DNA of 64,000 bases from Candidatus Helarchaeota archaeon (GCA_019058315.1 JAHPZH010000002.1:1133910-1197909); one strand, 5' to 3'; shown: positions 41,157 through 51,211, counted from the stretch's first letter. The notes: generated from the sequence alone by a model not told the origin. Translations and numbers: made by a program.

Positions 41157-41927
41157 ATGACAGTAACATTGGAATATTACTTTCAATTTTATTCAAACAA
41201 GCTATTTGGTCGTTCAATTTTTTCAGACCCAATGGAACTATTTTTATTTACAATTTCCTTTTTAAGCTTATTGTTTTTAATTGGTATAATATGGACATTA
41301 TATAACGGTTATAAAGAAACTAGAGTTATTGAAACTTTATTATTTTTATTAAGTATGATCTCTTTTTTAATTGCTGGTGTACTTGGAAGCATAGAGAGAA
41401 TAAGTTATTCGACTTGGGGTTTACCTCAACTCGGAGATCTCCTACATATAATCGTTTTATTTCCTATGCAATTTTCATTTCTATGTGTTAATACCTTTGC
41501 AATACGGATTACATTTCCCGAAAAATTCAATATGATTATTTCTTTCTTAATCGTACTATCCACTATTTTGATAACTATTATAACCTGGGCAATGATTCAG
41601 GGACCTCCTTATGCGATCATAATTAATTTTGCTGTGGTTCATTCCAATGAGGTCGGGATAGTAGTTTTAGCAACCCTTGCACCAGTTGCTGTAATGCCAC
41701 TAGCTATTTTCTTTTATTCGGCTAAGAAAATTCGAGATGAAGATAGACCAAAAAGTAATCGTTCTTTCTGGTTTGGAATGGGATTTTTATTTTTTACTTT
41801 AGGTGCAGGTTTAACAACACCTACTACCCCATATTTTGCTGTTTTCAGCATTTTTGCTGCATTTACTCTCTATGTTTGCTTTAGAATGCCAAACTGGTTC
41901 AAACGACACATAGGATGGATTGAATAA
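41157..41927 (+). CDS. stand-alone 7TM membrane protein, paralogue 1
   Basis: seven TM segments, C-terminal MPNWFKR amphipathic tail; ATG after GGTGA. Confidence 0.8.
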   Translation: MTVTLEYYFQFYSNKLFGRSIFSDPMELFLFTISFLSLLFLIGIIWTLYNGYKETRVIETLLFLLSMISFLIAGVLGSIERISYSTWGLPQLGDLLHIIVLFPMQFSFLCVNTFAIRITFPEKFNMIISFLIVLSTILITIITWAMIQGPPYAIIINFAVVHSNEVGIVVLATLAPVAVMPLAIFFYSAKKIRDEDRPKSNRSFWFGMGFLFFTLGAGLTTPTTPYFAVFSIFAAFTLYVCFRMPNWFKRHIGWIE

Positions 41928-42143
41928 CTCATTTATATGTGCTCATAAATCACCAATGAGTCCTTTATTAAAGAACAAAGAACAATAATTAATAATCAAA
42001 TACACTTGTAGAACAATTTATGCTTTAGAAAACAACCAAAAAAAAATTAAATCCAAAGATTTTAAAATTAAGGATTTAATAAAACTTCTTGCAGTTATTA
42101 AAATTCAACTGAAAATCTAAAAAGGATGCAATGAGTGAAAAAA

Positions 42144-42914
42144 ATGGCAGTTTCATGGGATTATTATTTTCAATTTTATACAAATCAGATATTTGGACGT
42201 TTTTTTTATGTACAACCACTAGAAATTTTGGTAATAATATTTGCGTTTATAGGATTATTATTTTTAATTGGTATTATGCGGGCTTTATATAGGAATTATA
42301 AGAAATCTAATGCTATTGAAACTTTATTATTTTTAATAAGTATGATCGCTTTTTTAGTGGGTGGTGTCCTTGGAGGGATAGAGAGATTCTGTTATTCAAC
42401 TTGGGGTTTGCCACAACTAGGAGATTTAATACGAATAACTGTAATATTTCCTGTTTATTTTTCATTTATAAGTGTTAATATATTTGCTTTGAAAACTACG
42501 TTTCCAGAAAAATTTAAGATCATTCTTCCTTTTTTATTGATATTAACTATTGTTAGTGCAGGAACTGTAATTTGGGCAGAATTGCAAGGTCCTCCATACG
42601 CTAGAATTATTAATTTCGCTGTGGCCTACTCTCTTGAGATTAATTTAATACGTCTCATAACTCTTTCACCACTTGCTGTAATTCCAACAACTCTTTTTTT
42701 CTATTATGCAATAAAAAATCGAATTGAAGATAAACCAAAAAGTAATCTCTCATTCTGGCTGGGAATGGGATTTTTATTTTTCACTGTAGGTTCTGCTTTA
42801 ACATCAGCTGGAACTGAATTCTTTGGGCTTCTATTTATTTTGTCAGCAGCTATTTTCTATGTGTGCTTTAAAATGCCAGGATGGTTTAAAAAGTGTATAG
42901 GATGGCCTGAATAA
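42144..42914 (+). CDS. stand-alone 7TM membrane protein, paralogue 2
   Basis: colinear with paralogue 1 (YYFQFY, ER..YSTWGLPQLGDL, TFPEKF, QGPPYA.IINFAV, MP.WFK..IGW). Confidence 0.8.
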   Translation: MAVSWDYYFQFYTNQIFGRFFYVQPLEILVIIFAFIGLLFLIGIMRALYRNYKKSNAIETLLFLISMIAFLVGGVLGGIERFCYSTWGLPQLGDLIRITVIFPVYFSFISVNIFALKTTFPEKFKIILPFLLILTIVSAGTVIWAELQGPPYARIINFAVAYSLEINLIRLITLSPLAVIPTTLFFYYAIKNRIEDKPKSNLSFWLGMGFLFFTVGSALTSAGTEFFGLLFILSAAIFYVCFKMPGWFKKCIGWPE

Positions 42915-42929
42915 CACTCCCATATAACA

Positions 42930-44747
42930 TTAAATCTCCCATAATTCTGAAATTTTCGTTTCTTTTATCCAAGGCAATACATCTTTTTTATCATTAATCA
43001 AGTGATATTTTGCTTTTAGAAGGCAGTTTGCTGGAAAAGACCTTGGATTAAAATTACCACTTTCAGGATCTGTCCACCAATGAACTCGCTGTTTTATTAC
43101 CTCAATTGACACGGCATTCCAAGCTTTATATGATGTATAGCAATGAAATGTTTCAGTATTTCGCATAACTTGCATAATTTTTTGAATAATTGCTCTTTTT
43201 CGTCTTTTAGAGTCATGTGTATAATATCGAAAGAGCAATTCTAAAACTATAATCGCTTCTTGGATGCTTTTCAATGGTTCTGACATATTTTTTTGTTCTT
43301 TAATGACCATATTTAAAATTTTCTTACATTCTTTTAATTTATTACCGTCTAAATTTATCCAAAAATCCTCAAGTAATTGAATTACTTTTATTACGTTTTC
43401 TTTTTCGTTTATAGAAGAAGATAGCAAACCCGCAACTTCACTAATAAGTTCATCAACTTCAATTTTAGGATTCCAAAAATATCTACCCTCAACATAATCA
43501 TTAATAAAACGCGTTTTAGGTATTAATCTATAACCAAACATTCCTTTTAGAGAGAGAGAGGGTAATGTTTGAATTGAATCTAATATTCGTTCCTTTGACA
43601 AATTTATAAGAGGTCTTGGAAAAAGAGATAGATCTTCCATTCCTGCTTCGGGATCCATAAAAAATATAAAATCAAATATTTCATAGCCTTGATCTGCAGC
43701 CATCTGTAAGGTTTTTCTGCATACGTCTATGATCTTTACATCTTTAGGAATCTTAGAAAATAATTTATTCCGAAGCCCTTTAATTGGAGGTGATTCAAAG
43801 TGCTCTTTTACATTAGCAAACCAAGTTATAAAGAAAAGTCGTTCTGGCTCTGCATTTTTTTTAATAAAATTCAGGTAATCAACAATAAGATCAACAATAT
43901 TGTTCCTACAATAATCACAATTACAACCGCCCCCCTCAAAGGCAAAAAGAGCATTACTTGGGACTGTTTTAAATCTATTAAGTGTGTATTTAAGAAGTTT
44001 TTCCCCAATTTCTTTTCCTTTTTCACTGCAATGGGTGATTCCTTGATAACCAAATATATGTCCCCTTATTTCTGGAAATTTAATCCATAATTCAGTTGGT
44101 ATATGATTAAAAACATAGATTAAAATGATTTCCAGACCTATATCCTTTGCATAATTAAATACATCTTCAAACATATCATATTTCCAGGAATTTTTTTTCA
44201 ATTCCTCAAAATCAGGGTGATATAGTGCCCATGTACTTATTAGAAATATAATCGATGTGTAATTAAATGACCGAAGTCTATCCAAATATTCTTTCCAATG
44301 TGGAAAATCCCATGTCTCAGTGGAAAGTCCCTCTAAACCAAGTTTAAGATTAAGAAGAACCATACCACGTGTTTCAAAGTAGGGGGTTTGAAAAATATCC
44401 CATTTAATAGAAAACGGGTCTTTTATTTGCTGTTCTCTTAATTTCATGTATAAATAGTATATAGCATTTGCTAGACCTCGCTCTCCTATCGATAAAATAA
44501 AAATATCATTTTCTTTACGTTGATTTTCATTCTTTTCGCTAAAAATTAGAAAATCGTCTATTTTTTTAAGTTTATTCGCTGTCTCTAAGCTTAATTTTTG
44601 AATTTCTTTGGAATTTTTTTCCAATGTGAAAAGAACAAATTCATTTGTTGAATTTGAATCTGATTCTCCAATCCAATTTGTTAAAACTTTAATAGCTTGT
44701 TCAATTTGCTTGCTTTTATTCTTATTGAACCTTATTTTGTATTTCAT
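42930..44747 (-). CDS. putative glycoside hydrolase, paralogue 3
   Basis: colinear with paralogues 1 and 2; TPYFETRG, FEGGGCNCDYC. Confidence 0.6.
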   Translation of the reverse strand: MKYKIRFNKNKSKQIEQAIKVLTNWIGESDSNSTNEFVLFTLEKNSKEIQKLSLETANKLKKIDDFLIFSEKNENQRKENDIFILSIGERGLANAIYYLYMKLREQQIKDPFSIKWDIFQTPYFETRGMVLLNLKLGLEGLSTETWDFPHWKEYLDRLRSFNYTSIIFLISTWALYHPDFEELKKNSWKYDMFEDVFNYAKDIGLEIILIYVFNHIPTELWIKFPEIRGHIFGYQGITHCSEKGKEIGEKLLKYTLNRFKTVPSNALFAFEGGGCNCDYCRNNIVDLIVDYLNFIKKNAEPERLFFITWFANVKEHFESPPIKGLRNKLFSKIPKDVKIIDVCRKTLQMAADQGYEIFDFIFFMDPEAGMEDLSLFPRPLINLSKERILDSIQTLPSLSLKGMFGYRLIPKTRFINDYVEGRYFWNPKIEVDELISEVAGLLSSSINEKENVIKVIQLLEDFWINLDGNKLKECKKILNMVIKEQKNMSEPLKSIQEAIIVLELLFRYYTHDSKRRKRAIIQKIMQVMRNTETFHCYTSYKAWNAVSIEVIKQRVHWWTDPESGNFNPRSFPANCLLKAKYHLINDKKDVLPWIKETKISELWEI

Positions 44748-44861
44748 TTTTTATTCACTAAGAAATAAACTAATTTTTTTGACCTTAGATAAAAATCCTA
44801 AAAAATAAAATTTATATTTTTGAATTTAATAATATTATCTAAAATCATTATGGGGAATATT

Positions 44862-46403
44862 TTGGTTAAAAGTAAGGCTCTAATAGTTTTAATAGTATTA
44901 ATAATCCTACCATCTATTTCCTATAATCTTGACGCTTGCATTAAATCTCCAGTAATCCCTTTTAATTTTTTAAATAATATTAAAACACAAAAGGATCCTC
45001 AACTCTTCACCAAACATGCTGAGATGATATCAAATTCGTCTGAAGATAATTATAGACCAAAGATAGCTATTGATTCATCTAATGAAATTCATTCCGTTTG
45101 GTATTCTCGTGACTATCCGATAAATGATTCTATAATTTATTCTAACAGCACCGATAACTTTACAAATAAAATGAAGATCACAGAAAGCTATCCCAAAGAT
45201 ACTGATCCATGTATTGCTATAGATAATTCGGATACGATTCATATAGCTTGGATTAGAGATTCTGAACCAGGTTGGTTGACTGATCCAACTGAAGTATATT
45301 ATACGAATAGTTCTGTTAATTTTTCAACACATAAGCTTGTAGTAAATCAAACTGAAGTTGATTCACCACAAATAGGTTGTGATTCTTTTAATAATGTACA
45401 TATAGCATGGCTGGGGTACAAAGACTTCCAATGGAATGTTTTTTATTCAAATAGTACGGATTATTTTTCATCAATAAAATATGTATCTCAGGATAGTTTA
45501 AGGGATTATTCGATAAGTCTGTGTGTTAAGGATGATGTTGTTCATATAATTTGGCGAAAATATATTGCTTATAAAAAATATAGAATTGCATATGCAAATA
45601 GTTCTAACGATTTTACAGAAACCATAATTTCAAAAAATGATGCGTATTATGAAAGTCCAAAAATCAAAGTTGATGATTCGGGTAATATCCATATTATTTA
45701 TGTAGAACGTTATGAAAAAAAGGAAGAAGACCCAATCGATAAAGAAGTTTTTATCTCCTTTTTTATTTCTTATATTTATCTAGATTATTTCAATGATCAA
45801 CCTTTTGGATTTTTTAATTTTGATGTTATAATCGTTTACCTTGCCATATTTGATTGGATTCATGGTTCTAATTATAATTATGAATATTTCTCTAGAATTT
45901 ATTATTCAAATAGTAGTGATAATTTTAACTCACGGAGTAGTCTCTCAAATTTAACATCAACTTGTGTTTGGTATCCCGATATTGCTATTGATCAATATAA
46001 TACTTGCCATTTAATATGGCAAGGAGCAAATTACTATTATTCAAATATATATCGTATATTCTATACAAATAGCTCTAAAAAATTTCAAGAATTCTATATC
46101 TATAAATCAGAATATGCAATTGATCATTCTGATTTTGAGATTGATGGTAAAAATGAAACTCATTTTATATATTCCGCATATAGAAACATTTGGTATTTTA
46201 ATAGCTCTGAATTAGAATACTATCCAGTTTCCATTGATACTGATATTATTATAGATTTAATTAATCTCTATTTTTCTATTCCAAAAATGCCAGATTTAAC
46301 AAATTTAACTATAATTTCGATTTATTGTTTAGCTGCTTTTAATGTTATTGCTCTTTATCTTCCAAAAAAAAGAAGGGATGCTCAAAGTATGGGGGAATCA
46401 TAA
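44862..46403 (+). CDS. cell-surface beta-propeller-like repeat protein with C-terminal TM
   Basis: signal peptide; repeats P.IAID..N.IHI.W....IYYSNSSDNF; C-terminal TM + KKRR; start TTG 44862 or ATG 44850. Confidence 0.78.
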   Translation: MVKSKALIVLIVLIILPSISYNLDACIKSPVIPFNFLNNIKTQKDPQLFTKHAEMISNSSEDNYRPKIAIDSSNEIHSVWYSRDYPINDSIIYSNSTDNFTNKMKITESYPKDTDPCIAIDNSDTIHIAWIRDSEPGWLTDPTEVYYTNSSVNFSTHKLVVNQTEVDSPQIGCDSFNNVHIAWLGYKDFQWNVFYSNSTDYFSSIKYVSQDSLRDYSISLCVKDDVVHIIWRKYIAYKKYRIAYANSSNDFTETIISKNDAYYESPKIKVDDSGNIHIIYVERYEKKEEDPIDKEVFISFFISYIYLDYFNDQPFGFFNFDVIIVYLAIFDWIHGSNYNYEYFSRIYYSNSSDNFNSRSSLSNLTSTCVWYPDIAIDQYNTCHLIWQGANYYYSNIYRIFYTNSSKKFQEFYIYKSEYAIDHSDFEIDGKNETHFIYSAYRNIWYFNSSELEYYPVSIDTDIIIDLINLYFSIPKMPDLTNLTIISIYCLAAFNVIALYLPKKRRDAQSMGES

Positions 46404-46970
46404 ATGTCAAGCAACAATATACGTGTTTTACGTTTTTTTTATGATTCAATTATTATTTTCTTTATTTTAATACTCATTCTTCCTCTTAGGGTTGCATATG
46501 AAATTTCGCTTTCTATATATAATTTGATTTTTGTAGCTCATAATTTACCATTTATTATTTCCCGAGGATCAATTCTATTTATTCTTGCTTTGATAATTTT
46601 CATAATTAGTATATTTTTATTCCGGAAGTTCTATAAAACAGAAGATGGGAAATTTGCTAAATATGGATATATTGCAAGTTTGATCTCATGTTTATTTGCC
46701 GGACAGTCAATATTAATTAATTATATCATTTATTTTTATCGAATGATTAATATCGCTTCTATTTATATAGGAATCGTTCTGGTTCTTACAGAATTAAATA
46801 TTAGTACATTGATATTTTTAAGACGTAATGATTTAGAAGACGTAAAACAAAGCAAAAAGATAAAAAAACATACAAAGATTGATTGGTATTGTCCTAAATG
46901 TGGAACCAAGAGAGAAATTGAATATAAATTTTGTATAAACTGTGGATTTTCATTTAATAAATTAGATTAA
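46404..46970 (+). CDS. 4TM membrane protein with C-terminal zinc ribbon
   Basis: four TMs, WYCPKCG...FCINCG; abuts the upstream stop (TAAATG). Confidence 0.8.
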   Translation: MSSNNIRVLRFFYDSIIIFFILILILPLRVAYEISLSIYNLIFVAHNLPFIISRGSILFILALIIFIISIFLFRKFYKTEDGKFAKYGYIASLISCLFAGQSILINYIIYFYRMINIASIYIGIVLVLTELNISTLIFLRRNDLEDVKQSKKIKKHTKIDWYCPKCGTKREIEYKFCINCGFSFNKLD

Positions 46971-47050
46971 AATCTCTAAATTCGATTCATTATTCTTTAG
47001 GATTAAAATAAGGTCTAAACATTTAAGAATAAAAGGTACAATCTACAATT

Positions 47051-48193
47051 ATGACAGAAAATATTGAGATCCATGGTTATTGTGATGAACGTTTCACTAA
47101 AGTACGAGAAGCATTTGCAAAAAATTTTAAGCGTGGTCGAGAGGTTGGAGCTTCATTTGCAGCCACACTAAATGGGAAGTTTGTAATCGATATTTGGGCG
47201 GGGTATGCAGATGCTGCAAAAACTCGCCCTTGGGAAAAAGATACAATCGTTAATGTTTATTCAACTACAAAAATCATGACTGCTATTTGCACACTTATGC
47301 TTGTGGATCGTGGACTGCTAGACCTAGATGCCCCAGTGGCTAAATATTGGCCCGAATTCGCGCAAAATGGAAAGGAAGATCTTCCTGTTCGTTATCTTCT
47401 AAGCCATACAGCTGGTTTGTCTGGGTGGGAAGAAGCTATTCCGGTGGAGGCACTCTATGATTGGGATCGAGTTGTTAAACTTCTTGCTGCTCAGAAACCG
47501 TGGTGGAAACCTGGAACTAAGAGTGGATATCATTCTGTTACTTTTGGTTACCTATTAGGAGAATTACTTAGACGTATTACTGGTAAAACTCTTGGTACTT
47601 TTTTCCGAGATGAAGTGGCTAAACCTCTTAATGCAGATTTTTATATTGGTTTACCCGAGGAACACGATTCTCGTGTTGGTGAATTAATTCCCCCAAAAAT
47701 GCCTGATCTCAGCAATCTTGGAATAGATGAGAGTTCGATAGCTGTAAGAACATTAATGAATCCCCCATTAACTGCAATGCATTCTAGAGATAGGGCTTGG
47801 CGAGCTGCTGAAATACCCGCCGCAAATGGACATGGTAACGCTAGGTCTGTTGCACGAATAACTGCTGCAATTGCTTGCGGAGGTAAACTTGATAATGTAC
47901 GATTACTTTCTATGAGTACAATCGAAAAAGCTCTAGAAGAGCAGAGCTATACTCCTGACTTAGTCCTTGTTCTTCCAACACGATTTGGCTTGGGTTTAGG
48001 TATTACACATAAAGAAAGACCAATAAGTCCTAATCCACGTACTCTATATTGGGGCGGATGGGGAGGAAGTTTGGGTGTGATGGACCTTGATGCTAAGTTG
48101 AGTTTTTCCTACGTAATGAATAATATGATGATGGGTCTTGGCGGAGATCCTCGTACAGCTAAGCTAGCTAAAGCTATATATAAATCACTATAA
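47051..48193 (+). CDS. serine hydrolase, beta-lactamase class C/esterase (EstB-like) family
   Basis: YSTTK (SxxK), LLSHTAGL, PG..SGYH, WGGWGGS. Confidence 0.93.
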   Translation: MTENIEIHGYCDERFTKVREAFAKNFKRGREVGASFAATLNGKFVIDIWAGYADAAKTRPWEKDTIVNVYSTTKIMTAICTLMLVDRGLLDLDAPVAKYWPEFAQNGKEDLPVRYLLSHTAGLSGWEEAIPVEALYDWDRVVKLLAAQKPWWKPGTKSGYHSVTFGYLLGELLRRITGKTLGTFFRDEVAKPLNADFYIGLPEEHDSRVGELIPPKMPDLSNLGIDESSIAVRTLMNPPLTAMHSRDRAWRAAEIPAANGHGNARSVARITAAIACGGKLDNVRLLSMSTIEKALEEQSYTPDLVLVLPTRFGLGLGITHKERPISPNPRTLYWGGWGGSLGVMDLDAKLSFSYVMNNMMMGLGGDPRTAKLAKAIYKSL

Positions 48194-48210
48194 TATAAAC
48201 TCATTTTTTC

Positions 48211-49038
48211 TTATTTACCTTTGAATTTAGGAGGTCTCTTCTGCAAGAATGCAGTGATTCCCTCTGATACATCTTTTGATTGAGAATTTAGACTCCATCC
48301 TAGCTGTTCAAATTGCATACCAAATTCTAAGGGTACTTGAGTTCCGTAATTAATGCACTTTTTAATTACAAATAGGCTATTCGTAGCTGCATTTCCTACT
48401 AATGATGCTTTCTCATGTACAACATCCTCAAATTTATCATCATCAACTAAAAATGCCACTAATCCCCAATCATACATCTGTTCTGCGGTATAATGTTCAC
48501 CGAATATCATCATTTTTTTTGCTCTCATTAACCCTATACTTTTAATCATTCGTTGTGTTCCACCATCAGCAGGAAAAATGCCTCTCTTAATCTCAGGAAA
48601 TCCAAAAGTTGAACGTTTCGAAGCGATAACTAAATCACAAACTAAAACTAATTCGAGTCCACCACCCAAAGCAAATCCATCAACAGCAGCGATTATAATT
48701 TTTGGAAACTCTTCAATTAAATCATAAAACCTGTGTCGTCGATACTTATTATGGCTTTGATGCATTAAATTACGAAAATTTACATCTGGACTAAGCGGAG
48801 CTGAGAGATCAGCGCCAGCAGAAAAAGCAGGTTTTTTAGTAAAGTCCTTAGTTCCGCGTAGAACCACACATCTAACTTTCGGGTCTAATGCCATAGGTTC
48901 CAAAGCGTCTACTATTTCCTTAAGAGTTAAATCTTGAAGTGCATTTAATTTTTTTGGACGATTAATTGATATTATTGCATAGTTTCCATCTTCTATTTTC
49001 TCTACTTTTATATGTTTAAATTCATGTTCTTCAGACAT
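48211..49038 (-). CDS. enoyl-CoA hydratase
   Basis: INRPKKLNAL, AFSAGADL, ALGGGLEL, GFPEI..GIFP..GGTQR, AFLQKRPPKFKG. Confidence 0.93.
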   Translation of the reverse strand: MSEEHEFKHIKVEKIEDGNYAIISINRPKKLNALQDLTLKEIVDALEPMALDPKVRCVVLRGTKDFTKKPAFSAGADLSAPLSPDVNFRNLMHQSHNKYRRHRFYDLIEEFPKIIIAAVDGFALGGGLELVLVCDLVIASKRSTFGFPEIKRGIFPADGGTQRMIKSIGLMRAKKMMIFGEHYTAEQMYDWGLVAFLVDDDKFEDVVHEKASLVGNAATNSLFVIKKCINYGTQVPLEFGMQFEQLGWSLNSQSKDVSEGITAFLQKRPPKFKGK

Positions 49039-49167
49039 TTTACATAACCTTTTCTAATTTTATTTTTGTTTTTTTATCTAACTTCAATTTTTAATTAGTA
49101 GAATTAGATTTTAATTAACAAATCTTAATAATTTTTTATATTAAAAGAATTCAAAAAGTGATAAATT

Positions 49168-50445
49168 ATGCAAATGAAAGATGTGTGGATAGTTGATTAT
49201 GCACGATCGGCATTTTCGCGTTGCAGACCGAGAACACCTGAAAGGGATGTGTTTGGAGATAAAAGGGGCGATGAAATACTAGCGGATATATTGATAAAAT
49301 TTTTTGATGAAAAATTGGCTAAAAAAGGAATAGAAAGAAAAGATATTGAAGAAGTTTCTATAGGTGTAGCGGCAGGTGTGCTTGAAAGTTGGACATATGG
49401 TGGGCGGACTCCGCTATTTTTAGCTGGATTTCCAGTTTATGTTCCTTCATTTTCTTTAGACAGGCAATGTGCCTCGGCTGGAACAGGAATGAACCTCATA
49501 GCACTAAAAGTTATGGCTGGTATGGCTAAATGTGTCTTGGCATTAGGTTTTGAACATATGGGTCGAGGAAGGGGAGAAGGTACGAAACCAAACTTAAATT
49601 TGATTGTTAAAAAGAGTAAATATTACCGAGAAGATTTAGACATGACGACTGCCTTCAATATGCTTCAAACTGCCCAAAAACTCTATGAACAAGAAGTACC
49701 TACATTTACCAAAGAAGATTTAGATAAATTCGGCGTTCGAAGTCACAATTTAACAGTCAAATCACAAGAAGATGGATGGTTTAAGGGTGAAATCATACCT
49801 ATTGAGGGACATGTAGAAGGAAATGTAGAGGAAAAATGGATGGTTGATAAAGATATGAATGCTAGAAAATCAACATTAGAAAAGGTTTCTCAATTACCCC
49901 GAATATCGAGACCATTTTATTTAAAGAAAAATGGAGGTAGAAAAGGGTATACAGAAAGAGAAGGTACAAAAGATGGAGTTATAACAGTTGGAAATTCTTC
50001 ACCGTTAAACGCAGGAGCAACAGCAGCAGTCCTTATGGAAGCTGAGGAGGCTAAAAAAAGAGGCATAGAACCAATGGCAAAGATCATTTCGATAGGTTGG
50101 GCAGCAGTAGATCCTAGTGTGATGGGACGTGGACCCGTTCCAGCTAGTCGTAAAGCACTTGAATACGCTGGTTTAAAAGTTGAAGACATCGATTATTGGG
50201 AAATTAACGAAGCTTTTTGTATTGTAACCCTTAATTGTATGAACAAGTTGGGCATTCCAGAGGAGAAAGTAAATATTATGGGTGGCTCGACAGCAATTGG
50301 TCATCCATTAGGTGCAACATTAATAAGACTTACGGGCACTTTGGCCAGAATTCTAAAGGATAAAAAAGCAAAATACGGTTGTGCTAATGCTTGTGTTGGT
50401 GGCGGTCAAGGAGTTGCTACTATAATTGAAAATATCGACGCATGA
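49168..50445 (+). CDS. acetyl-CoA C-acyltransferase (thiolase)
   Basis: DRQCASA, GNSSPLNAG, WEINEAF, GHPLGAT, CVGGGQG catalytic motifs. Confidence 0.95.
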   Translation: MQMKDVWIVDYARSAFSRCRPRTPERDVFGDKRGDEILADILIKFFDEKLAKKGIERKDIEEVSIGVAAGVLESWTYGGRTPLFLAGFPVYVPSFSLDRQCASAGTGMNLIALKVMAGMAKCVLALGFEHMGRGRGEGTKPNLNLIVKKSKYYREDLDMTTAFNMLQTAQKLYEQEVPTFTKEDLDKFGVRSHNLTVKSQEDGWFKGEIIPIEGHVEGNVEEKWMVDKDMNARKSTLEKVSQLPRISRPFYLKKNGGRKGYTEREGTKDGVITVGNSSPLNAGATAAVLMEAEEAKKRGIEPMAKIISIGWAAVDPSVMGRGPVPASRKALEYAGLKVEDIDYWEINEAFCIVTLNCMNKLGIPEEKVNIMGGSTAIGHPLGATLIRLTGTLARILKDKKAKYGCANACVGGGQGVATIIENIDA

Positions 50446-50527
50446 GTCCATAGATCTATTTTAACCTCCCTATTTTTTTTAAATAAAATATATTTGAATC
50501 AAAAATTATCAATGTGAATTGGTTATT

Positions 50528-51211
50528 ATGGTAGAATTTATTGATCTTAGTCATGTTTTTGAAAATAACATGCCTGGATTCAAGTTAAAGAATGAAAATG
50601 GGTCATTTACTCAATTTACAGCAAAAATTAATCCATTTCTAACTCATGAACAAACAAAACCAAAATATCAAGGAAAATGTTCTTTTGAAATTACAGAAAT
50701 GACTTTCCAGACTTCTATAGGGACATATCTTGATTCTCCTTATCATCGTTATCCAAATGGAAGAGATATTAGCGAAATAAAAATCGAAGAAGTAATTCTC
50801 CCGGGAATTATTATTGATGTTAGGAATAAAGAAGCATTTAAACCTGTTAACGTAAATATTATATCAAAGGGCCTTGATTTAAGTGGTAAGGCTGTTTTAT
50901 TCAACTTTGGTTGGGATAGATTTTGGGGAACTGAAGAATATCACTTATATCCTTATATTTCAAAGGAAATTATTGAATTATTAATTGACTCACATGTCAA
51001 ATTAGTTGGTGTTGACACAATAAATATTGATAATTCAAAAGATTTAACACGACCAGCACATTCATTATTTCTTAAGAATGAGATCTTTATAGTCGAAAAT
51101 TTAAGAAATCTTGAAGTTTTATATAATAAGAATTTCAGATTTTTTGCAGTTCCATTGAAAGCTAAAAGAGTAGCCGCAATGCCAATACGAGCTTTTGCTG
51201 AGATTTTGTAG
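50528..51211 (+). CDS. cyclase / kynurenine formamidase-like family protein
   Basis: IDLSH, GTYLDSPYH, VGVDT, H..FL...IFIVENL, PIRAFA. Confidence 0.88.
   Translation: MVEFIDLSHVFENNMPGFKLKNENGSFTQFTAKINPFLTHEQTKPKYQGKCSFEITEMTFQTSIGTYLDSPYHRYPNGRDISEIKIEEVILPGIIIDVRNKEAFKPVNVNIISKGLDLSGKAVLFNFGWDRFWGTEEYHLYPYISKEIIELLIDSHVKLVGVDTINIDNSKDLTRPAHSLFLKNEIFIVENLRNLEVLYNKNFRFFAVPLKAKRVAAMPIRAFAEIL

Noticed and set aside
41927-41961. Hairpin ACTCATT...AATGAGT after the first 7TM gene
   Set aside because: Short and imperfect, not conserved after the second paralogue; insufficient for an ncRNA or SECIS call.
47051-48193. Antibiotic-resistance beta-lactamase
   Set aside because: No signal peptide and EstB-like motifs beside lipid-catabolic genes; an esterase is more likely.
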